A DNA stretch of 60,299 nt, the filler included. It is 6 parts of 6 records of this genome, joined end to end, with 100 filler letters (N's around TTAATTAATTAA, not from the genome) between each part and the next. Parts side by side here need not be neighbours in the genome. Positions count along the whole stretch, not along the records: positions 7,624 to 30,328 come from SRR31147125_51925; positions 30,429 to 37,592 come from SRR31147125_51927; positions 37,693 to 44,638 come from SRR31147125_51937; 3 more parts are not named here. One strand, written 5' to 3'. The notes below the pieces were generated by a model. It was not told the DNA's origin, did no database searches, and was given only the letters and a program-made list of their open reading frames with translations. A program made the translations under genes and the position numbers. Position 1 is the stretch's first letter. Each line of letters opens with the position of its first letter. Positions 28,570-40,109 of the stretch are shown one piece after another.

Positions 28570-28630
28570 GGTTTTATTTCTCCTTCATTAAGTGCTATTG
28601 TTATTCCTGCGCCTATAAACGGTATCGGCT

Positions 28631-29323
28631 TTACCAGAAGAATGCCGCGCCGTCCAACGCGTATAGTTTGGCCGGTATCTCAAACGGCGGCTCCTGCGGC
28701 GGGATGTTGCCGGCTGCCACGTTCTGTGCACCGTCAATCAGCCTGTCGATTTTGTCCGGCGCTAAGGGACATGGCCCGTGAGAGGGCAGGATCGTATCGA
28801 AAAGGCTGCCGAGCTTTTTCAGCTTTTCCATGCTGGCGATATACGCGCGGATATTCCGCACGTGGCCGAACATAAAAATCGGTGTATCCGACAGGCTGTC
28901 GCCGGAAACTAGGAGCCGCGCTTCCCGGTCCAGCAGGGCGATGCTGCCCGGGGTATGTCCTGGAATATGTATGACCTCAAAGCATCTGCCGCCCAGATCG
29001 ATAATGTCATGTTCCCACAAGGGACGGACAATGGCGTCCGCCGGGGCATTCTCGAAGTAAAAGGCCATTTCAGCCGGGTGCATATAGGCCGCGTCAAACA
29101 GCGCGTTGCAGCCGGTGTGATCGTCATCGCCGTGCGTATTGACGAGGATGACGGGCTTGTCGGTCAGGCTCTGGACGACCTTTTTAATATCGCCCGTGCC
29201 AAAGCCCGTGTCCACCAGCAGCGCGCGCTCAATGCCGCTGAATAAGAATGTCCGAACGACGCCGTCCTCGATCCGCCAGCTGTCCTCGCTGATTTGTATG
29301 ACTTCATAATTTGATTCTGGCAT
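28631..29323 (-). CDS. MBL-fold metallo-hydrolase
   Basis: THGDDDH, PGHTPGS, SGD, PSHG. Confidence 0.88.
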   Translation of the reverse strand: MPESNYEVIQISEDSWRIEDGVVRTFLFSGIERALLVDTGFGTGDIKKVVQSLTDKPVILVNTHGDDDHTGCNALFDAAYMHPAEMAFYFENAPADAIVRPLWEHDIIDLGGRCFEVIHIPGHTPGSIALLDREARLLVSGDSLSDTPIFMFGHVRNIRAYIASMEKLKKLGSLFDTILPSHGPCPLAPDKIDRLIDGAQNVAAGNIPPQEPPFEIPAKLYALDGAAFFW

Positions 29324-29337
29324 ATACGTGTCCTCGC

Positions 29338-29757
29338 TTAGCTTGGTTTACGCGTCTTTTTCGTGATCTCGATGTAACCCTCGTCGGCGTTGACGAGAAC
29401 CATATCGCCCGTTTCAATATACTGCATCGGGTCCTCTTCAAAATCCGTCATGGACGGCACATGCGCGTTAACCGTGCACAGGACATTGAGCGGGCTTGAG
29501 ACAGTGTGGACGAAGGCGGCGGGCTTGTTTGGCCCGAAGCCGTACATCATAAAGCCGCCTGAGCCGCGCGGTGAGGGGAAAACGAGCACCTTTCCCTTGT
29601 AGGACACCTTAAACAGCGGATGATTGCGCTCTGTCGTATAACCGCGCTCCGGCTTGACATTGGCAAAGCCTTGAAGCGGCATCGGCGAGACGAGGGCTTC
29701 GGCCTCCACGATGCCGGGGTATTCAGCGCGCCCTTTAATTCGGATTTTTTTACTCAT
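29338..29757 (-). CDS. Aconitase X small (swivel, DUF126) subunit
   Basis: EAEALVS, HPL...SYKGKVLVFP..RGS, IETGD.V.VNAD.G. Confidence 0.8.
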   Translation of the reverse strand: MSKKIRIKGRAEYPGIVEAEALVSPMPLQGFANVKPERGYTTERNHPLFKVSYKGKVLVFPSPRGSGGFMMYGFGPNKPAAFVHTVSSPLNVLCTVNAHVPSMTDFEEDPMQYIETGDMVLVNADEGYIEITKKTRKPS

Positions 29758-29760
29758 AGC

Positions 29761-30328
29761 TTACCTCCATTCCCCGTGCCATTTACCGGTCAATGCCGCG
29801 TCAATACAGTCGTCTGTTGAGCCGTAGCAAACCTCCAGCTTGTAATCGTCGTCGGGATAGCAGCCGGTGACGTAATAGGCTTGCTTGGCAGTATCGACGG
29901 CCAGCGTCTTGACGCCTTCGGGTACGGCGCCCATTGCGGCCAGGCAGGCACCCGACATCAGGTGGGCGCCGGCGTCCGCCAAAATCTTTGTATAACCGAG
30001 GTTTCTGGCGACGTCATACAGCCACGGGGCCGTCATAACCCACATTGGGATCTTGCACTTTTTGCCCTCCAGCTTGCGGGCCAGGAGCATCAGATCGACA
30101 ATATTCAGGTGTGGGCAGCCGAGATAAACCATGTCGACGGTGTCCGTCGTGTGGTAATTAAGCGTGTCATAGGCCTTTTTCAGTTCCTTCTCACCGACCA
30201 TGACCTCGCGGGCCGGCTTTTTGCCGCCCAGAGCCCACTCAAGCGTCGGAGCCTCCGGCGTGCTGCCGGGGATGTGGTACATGGGCACGCCGCCGCCCGT
30301 ATGGATGGCGGAATTGAGCTTTTGAAAC
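29761..30328 (-). CDS. Aconitase X catalytic (DUF521) subunit, C-terminal part, 5'-truncated
   Basis: GGGVPMYHIPGSTPEA, VYLGCPH, GAC, D.AKQAYY, DCIDAALTG. Confidence 0.82.
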
Positions 30329-30428
30329 NNNNNNNNNNNNNNNNNNNNNNNNNNNNNNNNNNNNNNNNNNNNTTAATTAATTAANNNNNNNNNNNNNNNN
30401 NNNNNNNNNNNNNNNNNNNNNNNNNNNN
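30329..30428. other. Artificial contig spacer
   Basis: N-ttaattaattaa-N. Confidence 0.98.
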
Positions 30429-30805
30429 CCATCTATCTTGTTACTATCATAAAATCCAAGGCTTAAATTGAACGTCATTGAGCAATAGTTACCCACATCA
30501 ACAAGTGTATTGACTTTATAAAGGGATTTCCGCTGTATAATGCGTCTTAATAAAGCTTCTGAAGATGGTCGATGTTTGGTTGGATCGATACCGATACTTT
30601 TATACAATTTTCTGGCTGCTTCAAAAAGGTGTATTGCTTCGGAAGGTGCCCCATATTCCTGTTGTATCTTTTCACTATAGTTATTAATCTCATCCCATAA
30701 TCCCTGAGAAAACCTGGAATTTGTTACGTCTCGCCAGCTCAGTACAATGATGCTGAGTTTATTCTGGACATCATCGGATATAATAATGTTTTTCGGATTA
30801 ATCAA
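30429..30805 (-). CDS. Stand-alone B3/B4 (PheT editing-like) domain protein, 3'-truncated
   Basis: GIDPTKHRPSSEALLRR, VNTLVDVGNYCS, G.YD; TTG start after aaaggag. Confidence 0.85.
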
Positions 30806-30905
30806 AGCTCCTTTCCTCATTTTTTTGGCATGACAATGCAATAGTGGATACCCGGAATAAAATTCCAGGCACCCACAATTTGTTTTCGAATATATCTTTG
30901 TAGAA

Positions 30906-32297
30906 TTAACCCAGTGAAGCAATAACATCTTCTGGTTTGGGGTGATCTTTTAAAACAGCGGTTGATTTCTTGATATCTTCTTCCGGTAATGGATGATTTG
31001 TAAGTTCACCATTCAAATATTTCTCATATCCGGTAAGATCCATCAATCCATGACCACTCCAGTTAAAGACAATCACTTTTTCTTTGCCTTCTTCTGTGGC
31101 TTTTTTAGCTTCTCTGATAGCTGAGGCAATCGCATGACTTGTCTCAGGCGCTGGAATATGGCCTTCAGTTCTCGCCCACAAGACAGCGGCTTCATAACAT
31201 TCAAGTTGATCAATGGATTGTGGATTCAGTAAACCTTCATTAATCGCCTGACTGATTATGGGAGCCACACCGTGATAACGTAATCCACCAGCATGAATTG
31301 GAGATGGTACAAAACGATGACCTAGGGAATGCATGGGCAACAAGGGAGTCATGTTTGCGGTATCACCAAAATCATAACTAAATGGAGCGCGCGTCATGGT
31401 TGGACATGAAGTTGGCTCCACAGGGATAATGTCAATTTCAGCACCATGGATCTTATCGGCTACAAATGGGAAGGCAAGACCGGCAAAATTGCTTCCACCA
31501 CCAACACATCCAATGATCGTATCCACTTTCTTTTCACCGGCAATTTCCAGCTGTTTCTTGGTTTCCAGGCCAATAATCGTTTGATGCAGCATAACATGAT
31601 TTAAAACACTGCCCAGGGAATAGCGGGTTTTGCCTGTTGTGTCAGAGACTGCTGCCTCAACAGCTTCACTGATAGCCATTCCCAGACTTCCCGGGGTGTC
31701 CGGCATTTCCGCCAGAAAAGCTCGTCCGGATGCTGTTTGATCACTTGGACTCGGGATGCACTTTCCACCCCAGGTTTCCATCATCAAACGCCGGAAAGGC
31801 TTTTGCTCAAAACTAATACGAACCATAAAAACTTTACATGTTAATCCCAAAAGGGAGCAAGCAAAAGAAAGGGCACTTCCCCATTGTCCGGCACCGGTTT
31901 CGGTTGTTAAATTCTCAATTCCAAATTCTTTATTATAATAAGCCTGCGCTATGGCTGTATTCGGCTTATGGCTGCCTGCAGGGCTCACACCCTCGTTTTT
32001 ATAATATATTTTTGCAGGAGTGCCAAGTACTTTCTCAAGTCTTCTGGCACGCATCAAAGGGCTTGGTCGCCAAATGGCTAACATTTCCAGAACCTTTTCC
32101 GGGATATCAATCCATCGTTCCGTGCTGACTTCCTGCTCAATTAAATTCATTGGAAAAACCGGCGCCAACTTGTCCGGTGTCAATGGGTTTCCATCTGGTC
32201 CAAGAGGTGGTAAAGGCGCACTTTTCAGGTCAGCGGCCAGGTTATACCATTGCCTTGGCATGTCTTTTTCATCTAAAAGTATTTTCGTAACGCTCAT
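30906..32297 (-). CDS. trpB2: Tryptophan synthase beta-like protein, TrpB2 type
   Basis: [58 protein letters not shown]. Confidence 0.93.
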   Translation of the reverse strand: MSVTKILLDEKDMPRQWYNLAADLKSAPLPPLGPDGNPLTPDKLAPVFPMNLIEQEVSTERWIDIPEKVLEMLAIWRPSPLMRARRLEKVLGTPAKIYYKNEGVSPAGSHKPNTAIAQAYYNKEFGIENLTTETGAGQWGSALSFACSLLGLTCKVFMVRISFEQKPFRRLMMETWGGKCIPSPSDQTASGRAFLAEMPDTPGSLGMAISEAVEAAVSDTTGKTRYSLGSVLNHVMLHQTIIGLETKKQLEIAGEKKVDTIIGCVGGGSNFAGLAFPFVADKIHGAEIDIIPVEPTSCPTMTRAPFSYDFGDTANMTPLLPMHSLGHRFVPSPIHAGGLRYHGVAPIISQAINEGLLNPQSIDQLECYEAAVLWARTEGHIPAPETSHAIASAIREAKKATEEGKEKVIVFNWSGHGLMDLTGYEKYLNGELTNHPLPEEDIKKSTAVLKDHPKPEDVIASLG

Positions 32298-32370
32298 CAG
32301 TATCCTCCGTCTGTTAAGTATTTAATGATCTAAACTTTAGAAAGTTATTTCAATTTCATTAGGGTATGAA

Positions 32371-32407
32371 CAAAAAAAGCCCGCTGCGATTCATCGTAGC
32401 GGGCTTT
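32371..32407 (-). terminator. Attenuator terminator upstream of trpB2
   Basis: Minus strand aaagcccgctacgat-ga-atcgcagcgggcttttttt. Confidence 0.85.
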
Positions 32408-32438
32408 ATAAATTTCTGTATTTAAATAGTTCTATTTT

Positions 32439-32543
32439 TCAAATAAGTAATTTATCATTCCCACTACATCTAAGCGGACTCCACCACCAGCCCCACCAGG
32501 TGCCCAAATTATTGTTAGATGTTGTGAAAATGTTATTTTGCAT
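32439..32543 (-). CDS. trpL: Trp-rich leader peptide (34 aa)
   Basis: MQNNIFTTSNNNLGTWWGWWWSPLRCSGNDKLLI*; purine-rich RBS; upstream TTGACA at 32595-32600. Confidence 0.88.
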   Translation of the reverse strand: MQNNIFTTSNNNLGTWWGWWWSPLRCSGNDKLLI

Positions 32544-32970
32544 AATTCTCTTCTCTAGTTATATTTTTATTAAATATAAAATAATATCTTTTTATGTCAA
32601 GGTATTATTTCAACATTTCAATATTTATTAAGCAAATTTTCCTGTTTCAGGTTTCAAATTTAAGTTATTTTATTAATTACCTGCAAAATTAAACAAAAAA
32701 CCGAGTGTTTCTTATTAAATTAAAGGATAAAATCCATTTTTAAGAATACCGGATAAAGGTGTTACACAAACAGGATTATTCGAGTACAAAATAAGGATCC
32801 CCGTCAAATAGTCATTACCTTAAAACGTTCGACTTTTCTTTACCACTATTTTACAGACTTTTTTTACTTGAAAAAAAACCGACTAGATTCAAAACAATCT
32901 TGATTTTCTTGCATTCAAGTCTTATCTTTAGCGCTTAATTAATAATAATTTAAAATTAAAGGCTCCTTTT

Positions 32971-33730
32971 ATGATTCAAGAAAAAAACCTTGTTAGCACT
33001 GGATTTTGATGGTGTTATTGCCGATAGCATTAAAGAGTGCCTTGTTATTGCTCACAATGCTTTTACGGAATTTAATAATCAGGGACAAAAGATATCGTTA
33101 TTCGATGAATTAAATCAAAGCAATGTACCCGAGCTTAAAAGACAGCGAAACTTTATCCGATTCAGTGAGGATTACGTCTATATTCACCTGGCCATTCAGC
33201 AAAAAGCAGTGATCCATGACCAGAACGATTTTGATTCATTCACAGAAAAAAATAAAAATTTTCGGGATACCTTTTTAAAATTATTTCTCCAAGAAAGAGA
33301 TGACTTTTCGGATACAAAATTAGAATTGTGGATTAAATTAAATCCCCTTTATGCAGGTATTCGCGACTATTTAAGCAGTTATACCCCAAAATCCGACTTG
33401 TTTGTTATAACAACCAAAAAAATATCCTATGTAAAGAAAATACTTTCCGGCAATAATATTCAATTGCAGGAAAATAATTTGTTTCAGGCAAATTCACACA
33501 GAACCAAACGTGTCATTATATCCGAATTACTTGAAAAACATCAGGTTTCACCGGATCAATTCTATTTTATTGATGATCAGGTGGATACTCTGATAAAGGT
33601 TGTTGATACAAAGGTTAATTGCCTGTTGGCTGAATGGGGATATAATGACCCGGTCCAGCAACAGAACGCCCGATTGTCACAAATAAAAATCATCACATTA
33701 AATGATTTATTAAACAACTCTTTCCTATAG
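32971..33730 (+). CDS. HAD-superfamily hydrolase
   Basis: LDFDGVI.DS, ITTK, FIDD, LAEWGYN; ATG at 32971 is out of frame by one base at an A7 run (alternative TTG start 32990). Confidence 0.8.
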
Positions 33731-33741
33731 AAAGAACTTTA

Positions 33742-34569
33742 CTACATAAAAAATTCGCTATTTGTCTCGCCCTGAACCGGTGTGCTTCCATAAACACATA
33801 CAGGCACACCTGTTTCTTTTCGGGTCATCTGGGCAATTTCATTCAACCGTTCCAAAGGCACCTTTTCAATATCGCGAACTGAGGTGGGTCTGTCTGTTGT
33901 ATAGATTTGCACATTTAATGGTTTTAACTCCCCAATTGTCTCTATCCATTGTTTTATCTGCTTATCACTCGTATTGGATACGGCGCCTTGAAAAAATACA
34001 GCTTGAATGTAATATTTTTCCAGCTGCTTAAGACCATTAATGACCTTACGAAATGTGAGACCATTGGCAGGCCGGTTAATTTTGATAAAATCCTTTTCAT
34101 CCCCGACATCTAATTTCATAATCCTGACATCCACTTTGGACAATGTATCGCACACCTCTTTTTTCCAAACGAATGCCGAGTTTGAGAGAACACAGATATC
34201 TGCAGAGGGTAAATACTGATCTCGTATTTTGATAACATTGTCAATAATGTCGGACAATTCCGGATGAAAGGTAGGCTCGCCGTTACCTGAAAATGTAATA
34301 TAATCTACATGAATATCCCGGGATAGAGCCTTTATCAATTCCTCAGAGATTTGTTTCGGTGAGGGTAAATCCTCAATATATTCATCTACTTTTACAGTTC
34401 GTATATTAGAGCTTCCATACTGACAATACACACAATTATACGGGCACAATTTATATTTCACCGGAAGAATATTGAGCCCCAAAGAGGTGCCGAGACGGCG
34501 TGAATTTACCGGGCCATACACAATAGATTGTTGGGTTTTAAGCGTCTTTTGCACACGTACCTCCTTCAT
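33742..34569 (-). CDS. Radical SAM protein
   Basis: YGPVNSRRLG.SLG, CPYNCVYC, TFSGNGEPT. Confidence 0.9.
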   Translation of the reverse strand: MKEVRVQKTLKTQQSIVYGPVNSRRLGTSLGLNILPVKYKLCPYNCVYCQYGSSNIRTVKVDEYIEDLPSPKQISEELIKALSRDIHVDYITFSGNGEPTFHPELSDIIDNVIKIRDQYLPSADICVLSNSAFVWKKEVCDTLSKVDVRIMKLDVGDEKDFIKINRPANGLTFRKVINGLKQLEKYYIQAVFFQGAVSNTSDKQIKQWIETIGELKPLNVQIYTTDRPTSVRDIEKVPLERLNEIAQMTRKETGVPVCVYGSTPVQGETNSEFFM

Positions 34570-34736
34570 TCAACCTCACAATAAATTCATGATTTAAAAG
34601 ATCAATCGTATTCAACTATGTAATTTGTGCTTTGGTATAAAATCAACACTTTTTGAAAGGATAATATGACGGTACCATCAAATCATTGTCACTTTAATAA
34701 CCCAGTAGAGTATTATAGAAAAACTGATGAGTAAAG

Positions 34737-35623
34737 TCAAATATTTTTTTTGCTATGGCTTTTTTTAAGCGTAAAGACAACAATCTCAGGAGGACAGTTG
34801 AACCGAATGGGCATGGAACTTGTGCCAACTCCATGTGTAGTATAACCCTTCATCCCCTCATATTTCCAAAAGCCTTTTGCATATGGACGGGAATCACGCG
34901 CATTCACAATGATTGGCCCACTATTCTTTAAGGTTATTTGCCCTCCATGCGTATGACCACACAGATATAAATCCGTACCACACTTGCTGGCTTTCCAATG
35001 TACTTCCGGAGAATGAGCCATTAATATCATAAATCGCTCTTCCGGGATATTCTCGATAGCCTTTTCAAGGTCATCATTTTCATAAAAATGAGGATCATCA
35101 ACGCCGACAAACCACAATGACTGACCATTACGCTTTATCTCCAGAGATTCATTCACAAGCATATTTATGCCCATTTTTTTTAATTCCTGAATCATGGAAT
35201 GGTTGTCATGATTACCCCGAATACCGAATATGCCATCTTTGACATCTATAATACTGACCAGTTCCTGCATCATGTCCATAGCCATTTTATGCGATCCAAA
35301 AGCTTTTCCCGGTAATCTCCGAGAAACAGGCAGGCATCCGTTGAGATACCTCGCAATAATTCCTTTGTCCGGGAAAGAGGATAAGGCTCTCCATCAATAT
35401 GCAAATCGCTCAATACCGTGACTCGATAACCATCAAATTCATCCGGTAAATTTTTAAAGGAAATATCATGTTCGTGTACCCGAATATCCTGTGCGTTTCG
35501 ATATCCTCTATTATAAAGTCCACAAAAACGAAGTAAAAAGATCCCGATTTTGCCAAGAACATTAATATTTTCGAGATGAATTACAATATGCCGAACTTTA
35601 TTTTTTGTCACATTATTAGCCAT
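34737..35623 (-). CDS. Metallophosphoesterase, split by an apparent 1-nt deletion near 35308-35310
   Basis: SDLH and GDY in the upstream ORF; GNHD, H.P and GHTHGGQ in the downstream ORF. Confidence 0.85.
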
Positions 35624-35707
35624 AATTACTTAATCCATTCATTAAAAAATAAAGAGAACAGATAACAGATAGGCCTGTTTTATGCAAACACGGATAAAAT
35701 CAATGCC

Positions 35708-37592
35708 TCAGTTGTTTTTTTTAATCTGGAAATAGGATTGATCAAATTCGGCAACGGCATTCAAAAATGCCTTATAATCCGAATAATCCTCAACAGGTAT
35801 ATCTGTTTTATCCATGCGGAAATCCCTGACAATGTGCAGTGTTTGAGATGTATCCACATTATGCTGCATGCGATATCCCCCAAAGGTATTATTTATGAAA
35901 TTGTTTCGTAAATTCAAATCAAATTGCATATTCTCATCCAGGGAAATTCGCAAACTGTCGGTTGTTTGACTTGGACATGTTAACTCTATGCCGTAACGCC
36001 TGTTTTCTTCAACAAATATTTCGTGTAAATGGAAATCACAAAATCGTTGCATTGAAAACTGACTGCTATTGTTTATCGTTAATGGTAAAGCCCATTGAAA
36101 TCGGCAGATAATTTCCAGCGGTTTGTCAAAATCATAAAATCCATTAATAGCAAATTCTCTGATTTTTGCATTCGGAAATTTTGAAAACAACTCTCTCTTG
36201 AACCATGTTTTTTTCTGCTTCTCCCGAAAATCCCAAATTCGATGCCTGAGATTCAGTGCATTCGCACCATGTAATTGCATTCTTATTTCACCACGACAAT
36301 TCCCGGTAGAATCAACAGTTAACGACCAATTTCTTTTAATCAGATTATCATTCGTTTTGGAAACAGGTGTTTTTTTCCAAAACCCTTTGCCCTCTTCATT
36401 CACTAATAAAATCATTCTGTTTTGATCGTACCAGGGCAAAGATCCAAAAGGACAATATTCTTCTGTGGCATCCATCCACACCTCTTCTTTATCTGCCAGA
36501 GCTGTCCTTGCTATAACATGATTAAAATGAACAGGTGAAGCAATCACTGTATCTACTTTGCCGTTTTGGTAGGTCGAAATAATGACGGGGTCTACTTTTA
36601 AACCGACCGAAGAGGCCATGGCCATTATGAGAGTTACTTTATCTTTACAATCCCCATATCGGTTGCTAAAGACATCTGCGGCAAAATGTGGTTGATACCC
36701 GCCTATCCCGATTTCGATAGCAATATAACGAATTTTATCCCTTACAAATTCATATATCTTTTTTAACTTTTCCCGATCTGTCAGACAATCCCGGGTTAAC
36801 CGGATTGTAAAATCAAGTATGTCATTATCTGCCTGGATCCGATCCACGATCAGAGATCTGTACCATCGTGCCACGTCCTGCCATTTATTCATCTCAACAG
36901 GCGAAAACTGAAGAGATACAGCCGATCGTCTGACAGGCGGCATACCCGCTTCAGGGATCAGAGCCGGTAAATCCGTCACTTCCCACAGATATTTTTTCTT
37001 ATCACCTGCCAACGGCCCTTCAACCTGTGGCTTTATATCCAATCGATTTGATTTCCAGTTGACCTCCCATCGCGACGGTGCCTTTATACTGTAACGGGAG
37101 ATCCTGACAGGTACATCATGTTGAAAAAACCATTGATCCCGGTATGAATGGTGCCTTGAAACCGCCTCCCAGGTATACTCTATGATACATCCCTTTTCAA
37201 CCGCCGGTAATGTAAATCGTTTTGCTTTAATATCAGAGTAGAAAATAAAATCCGGATAGAGTGTAATGTCAAATATCTGCTTCTTGTGTAACAGAGTAAT
37301 CTTTCCATTCGGTGAGATGGTGCGGGCATTAATATTTTTTATCTCTGTCAGGCCTGAATAAGGAATTGTAACATTGGCATATCGATATCCTCTTTCATCG
37401 AATAATCTGACCAACCTGTGTCTTTTGAGTACCGTATAGTTAGAATTGTCACTCTGAAAAATATCCAGATCCCCTTCGTCCAGAAGAATAACAGCTCCTT
37501 CATCCACGTAAGCAGATTGAGTCGGTATGGTTTCCATGGTATAATCGTTCCATTCTATACGATTTACCCATGAACCCGGTCCGGCGCAAAAA
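35708..37592 (-). CDS. DUF3857 plus transglutaminase-like protein, probably 5'-truncated
   Basis: IRYIAIE.GIGGYQP, YGDCKDK, FNHVI, WMDAT (Cys-His-Asp). Confidence 0.85.
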
Positions 37593-37692
37593 NNNNNNNN
37601 NNNNNNNNNNNNNNNNNNNNNNNNNNNNNNNNNNNNTTAATTAATTAANNNNNNNNNNNNNNNNNNNNNNNNNNNNNNNNNNNNNNNNNNNN
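37593..37692. other. Artificial contig spacer
   Basis: N-ttaattaattaa-N. Confidence 0.98.
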
Positions 37693-39123
37693 AAAAGAGA
37701 AATAAATCAAGCTGAAAATATGGCTGATGTTATTAGGCGAGAGCTTAGGGCAATAAAAGATGATTGTCCTGGTTTTCTTGTGCGAAAATATGGTATTGGT
37801 GACCAACTGGAAAGAGCTTATTCTAACTCTTGTAGAGTAGAAAATGACTTTGATGAAACAAAATATAAGTTATCTAAGTTTATATGTGAATCAAATCCGT
37901 TAATCAACAGATCGGTATGGGAACTGTTCTTACCTGTTTTTACTCTTGGTATAAACTTGGGTTTTTCTATACTTGCAGTGGACTGGTTTATTGAAACTAT
38001 AAAATTTGAAATAAATGTTCAATCTCAGGAAAAAGTTATTTCAGAATGGGAAGAGTATGCAAAAAAAAATGAAAGTGAATATGCACAAAATAGAAGTATT
38101 GCTGGGAAACCTATAACTTATAGAGTTTTAACAATTAAATTGGTTATAAATGCATATAAAAACCTAGTAAATGCTGGTATTAAATATCTTAATTATAATC
38201 CTGATACAATAAATTTTGCATATTTAGGTGAAAAAGATATAGATTCAATTAACTATAAAGATGAAATGTTTTATCGTGATAATACAAAGTATGATAGTGA
38301 AATTGCAGCATACAATATTAAATTGTACTGCGAAAAAGATAATAGAGAAAATGCATTTAAAAAGAATGGTTACACAATCATTTTTAACGGAGAAGTGGAA
38401 ACAGATGAAGCAGGAGTCGATGGCTTAGATTTTTCTGCACACTATACTTATGCAACAAAATACAACCCTGAAACAAACACAGTGCAACATTATTTAGTAT
38501 TTGAAGGAACACAAGGTGATGAGTGGGGTGATTATATTGATGAAGATGCATTTGCAAAAGTATTCGCAAACTTCAAAAGGAAATTTGAAAAAGATTATGA
38601 AGTAGTAATGGAAATTGCACAGCGAGAATATCCAGGTGCGAAAAGCGAATTTATGCTGACTGGTCATAGTCGTGGTGGAGCCATGGTAAATATGGCGGTG
38701 GATTATTTAAACACTAAGCATGATGAATCTTATGTAACAGGATATGCCTTTGCAGCTCCAAGTGCAATGGATAAGTCGGCTGTAGGGGGAAATAAGAACT
38801 TGTTCAATATCGTTAACGCAAATGATGTTGTTCCGAAAGTTCCAACTAGCGGATATAGAACAGGTAATGAAATTTATTACAATGGTGAAAATACTGATTA
38901 TTATAAAGACAGTACACGGAATGATTATGTTGATACTCTAATCACTCTTGCTAACCCAATTGTTGGGATGGGTAAAGAACATGGTGAAAATTTATACTAT
39001 AATCATGTTTGTGGAAACTATCTTGAAGCTGCATTGCGAATTGATGAAAATGAAGCAAACAGTTTGTTTGAGGAGCCGTCACAAATACTAGGTGAGCCGA
39101 ATAGCGATAATGATTTAGCGTAA
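37693..39123 (+). CDS. Lipase class 3-like domain protein, open to the contig edge
   Basis: VFEGT, TGHSRGGA nucleophile elbow, N..DVVPKVP, late His. Confidence 0.8.
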   Translation, partial: KREINQAENMADVIRRELRAIKDDCPGFLVRKYGIGDQLERAYSNSCRVENDFDETKYKLSKFICESNPLINRSVWELFLPVFTLGINLGFSILAVDWFIETIKFEINVQSQEKVISEWEEYAKKNESEYAQNRSIAGKPITYRVLTIKLVINAYKNLVNAGIKYLNYNPDTINFAYLGEKDIDSINYKDEMFYRDNTKYDSEIAAYNIKLYCEKDNRENAFKKNGYTIIFNGEVETDEAGVDGLDFSAHYTYATKYNPETNTVQHYLVFEGTQGDEWGDYIDEDAFAKVFANFKRKFEKDYEVVMEIAQREYPGAKSEFMLTGHSRGGAMVNMAVDYLNTKHDESYVTGYAFAAPSAMDKSAVGGNKNLFNIVNANDVVPKVPTSGYRTGNEIYYNGENTDYYKDSTRNDYVDTLITLANPIVGMGKEHGENLYYNHVCGNYLEAALRIDENEANSLFEEPSQILGEPNSDNDLA

Positions 39124-39191
39124 AGGAAATAACTATAGAATAATTATGAGAGTAAAAGTAAATATATTCCACCAAAATAAAATAAGAAAGG

Positions 39192-39293
39192 AATAAATCA
39201 AGCTGAAATATGGATGATGTTATTAGACAAGAGCTTCGTGGAATCAAAGATTGCTGTCAAGGTTTTCTGGCGCGAAAATATGGAATTGGATAA
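39192..39293 (+). pseudogene. Diverged fragment homologous to 37701-37799
   Basis: Manual alignment gives about 16 differences in 99 nt; followed immediately by TAA. Confidence 0.8.
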
Positions 39294-39544
39294 AGTATAC
39301 AAGACTATTAAAGGTGAATAGATACTGACGATAAGGTTAATCAAAAATAGATTCAACAATTTCAGATATAGTTTTTTGTAACAAGTGTTATAAGTACTAT
39401 TAGCTGCGAACAATTTGCTATTAGATTTGATGTAGTACGAATTGAATATAAAATTTAGAATGAATATATAATATCAAAGATAATCGTAACAGATTAAATT
39501 AGATTAATATGTATGTATTAATTATTGTTTTAGTTGGAGGGTTT

Positions 39545-39807
39545 ATGCAAAATACTTATATAAAATACGAAAAAATTATATTGATTATATTCATGAATAT
39601 GTTGATGTTAATCCGTATACCGTAGGTTATATAAAAATTGCGAACACAGTTATTGAATATCTTGCTGTTCGAACGGACAATAACGAGTATTATATGAATC
39701 ATGATACCAATATGCAATTGTATAAATATGATATTGTTCTTACTTTATCTACCTGTGCGATGGAAGAAGATAGTAGGTTTGATGTCGTGGCTAAGCTTTT
39801 GAGGTAA
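39545..39807 (+). pseudogene. srtB: Class B sortase remnant with internal deletion
   Basis: ggagg RBS; NPYTVGYIKIANTVIEY..V...NNEYYMNHD joined to LTLSTC...SRF.VVAKL; absent from the ORF track. Confidence 0.75.
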
Positions 39808-40109
39808 TCGAGTATGGGATTGTAGATTATATAATATGTAATATTCATTTTATCTTTCGTGTCTTAAGTTATACCTGATATATTTAAAGTGTCCTGTTGA
39901 TAGTGTTTTGTAGTAATTTACTAACAAGACTGTATCAGCGAGGGTACAGTAATAAGAACGATTTTTATAAATACCTTTCTGTTTTTAAGAAAAAAATAGA
40001 TACATTTATACAATAAAATAATTTAATGCTTATTTAAGTATATATTGCATAATGAGAAATGAAATGGTAATATATCATCGTGTGTTTGAAAACGAAAGAA
40101 GGAAATTAT

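Noticed and set aside
140-30384. Numerous antisense or overlapping ORFs in GC-rich contigs A and B
   Set aside because: Shadows of well-supported genes, with no recognisable motifs
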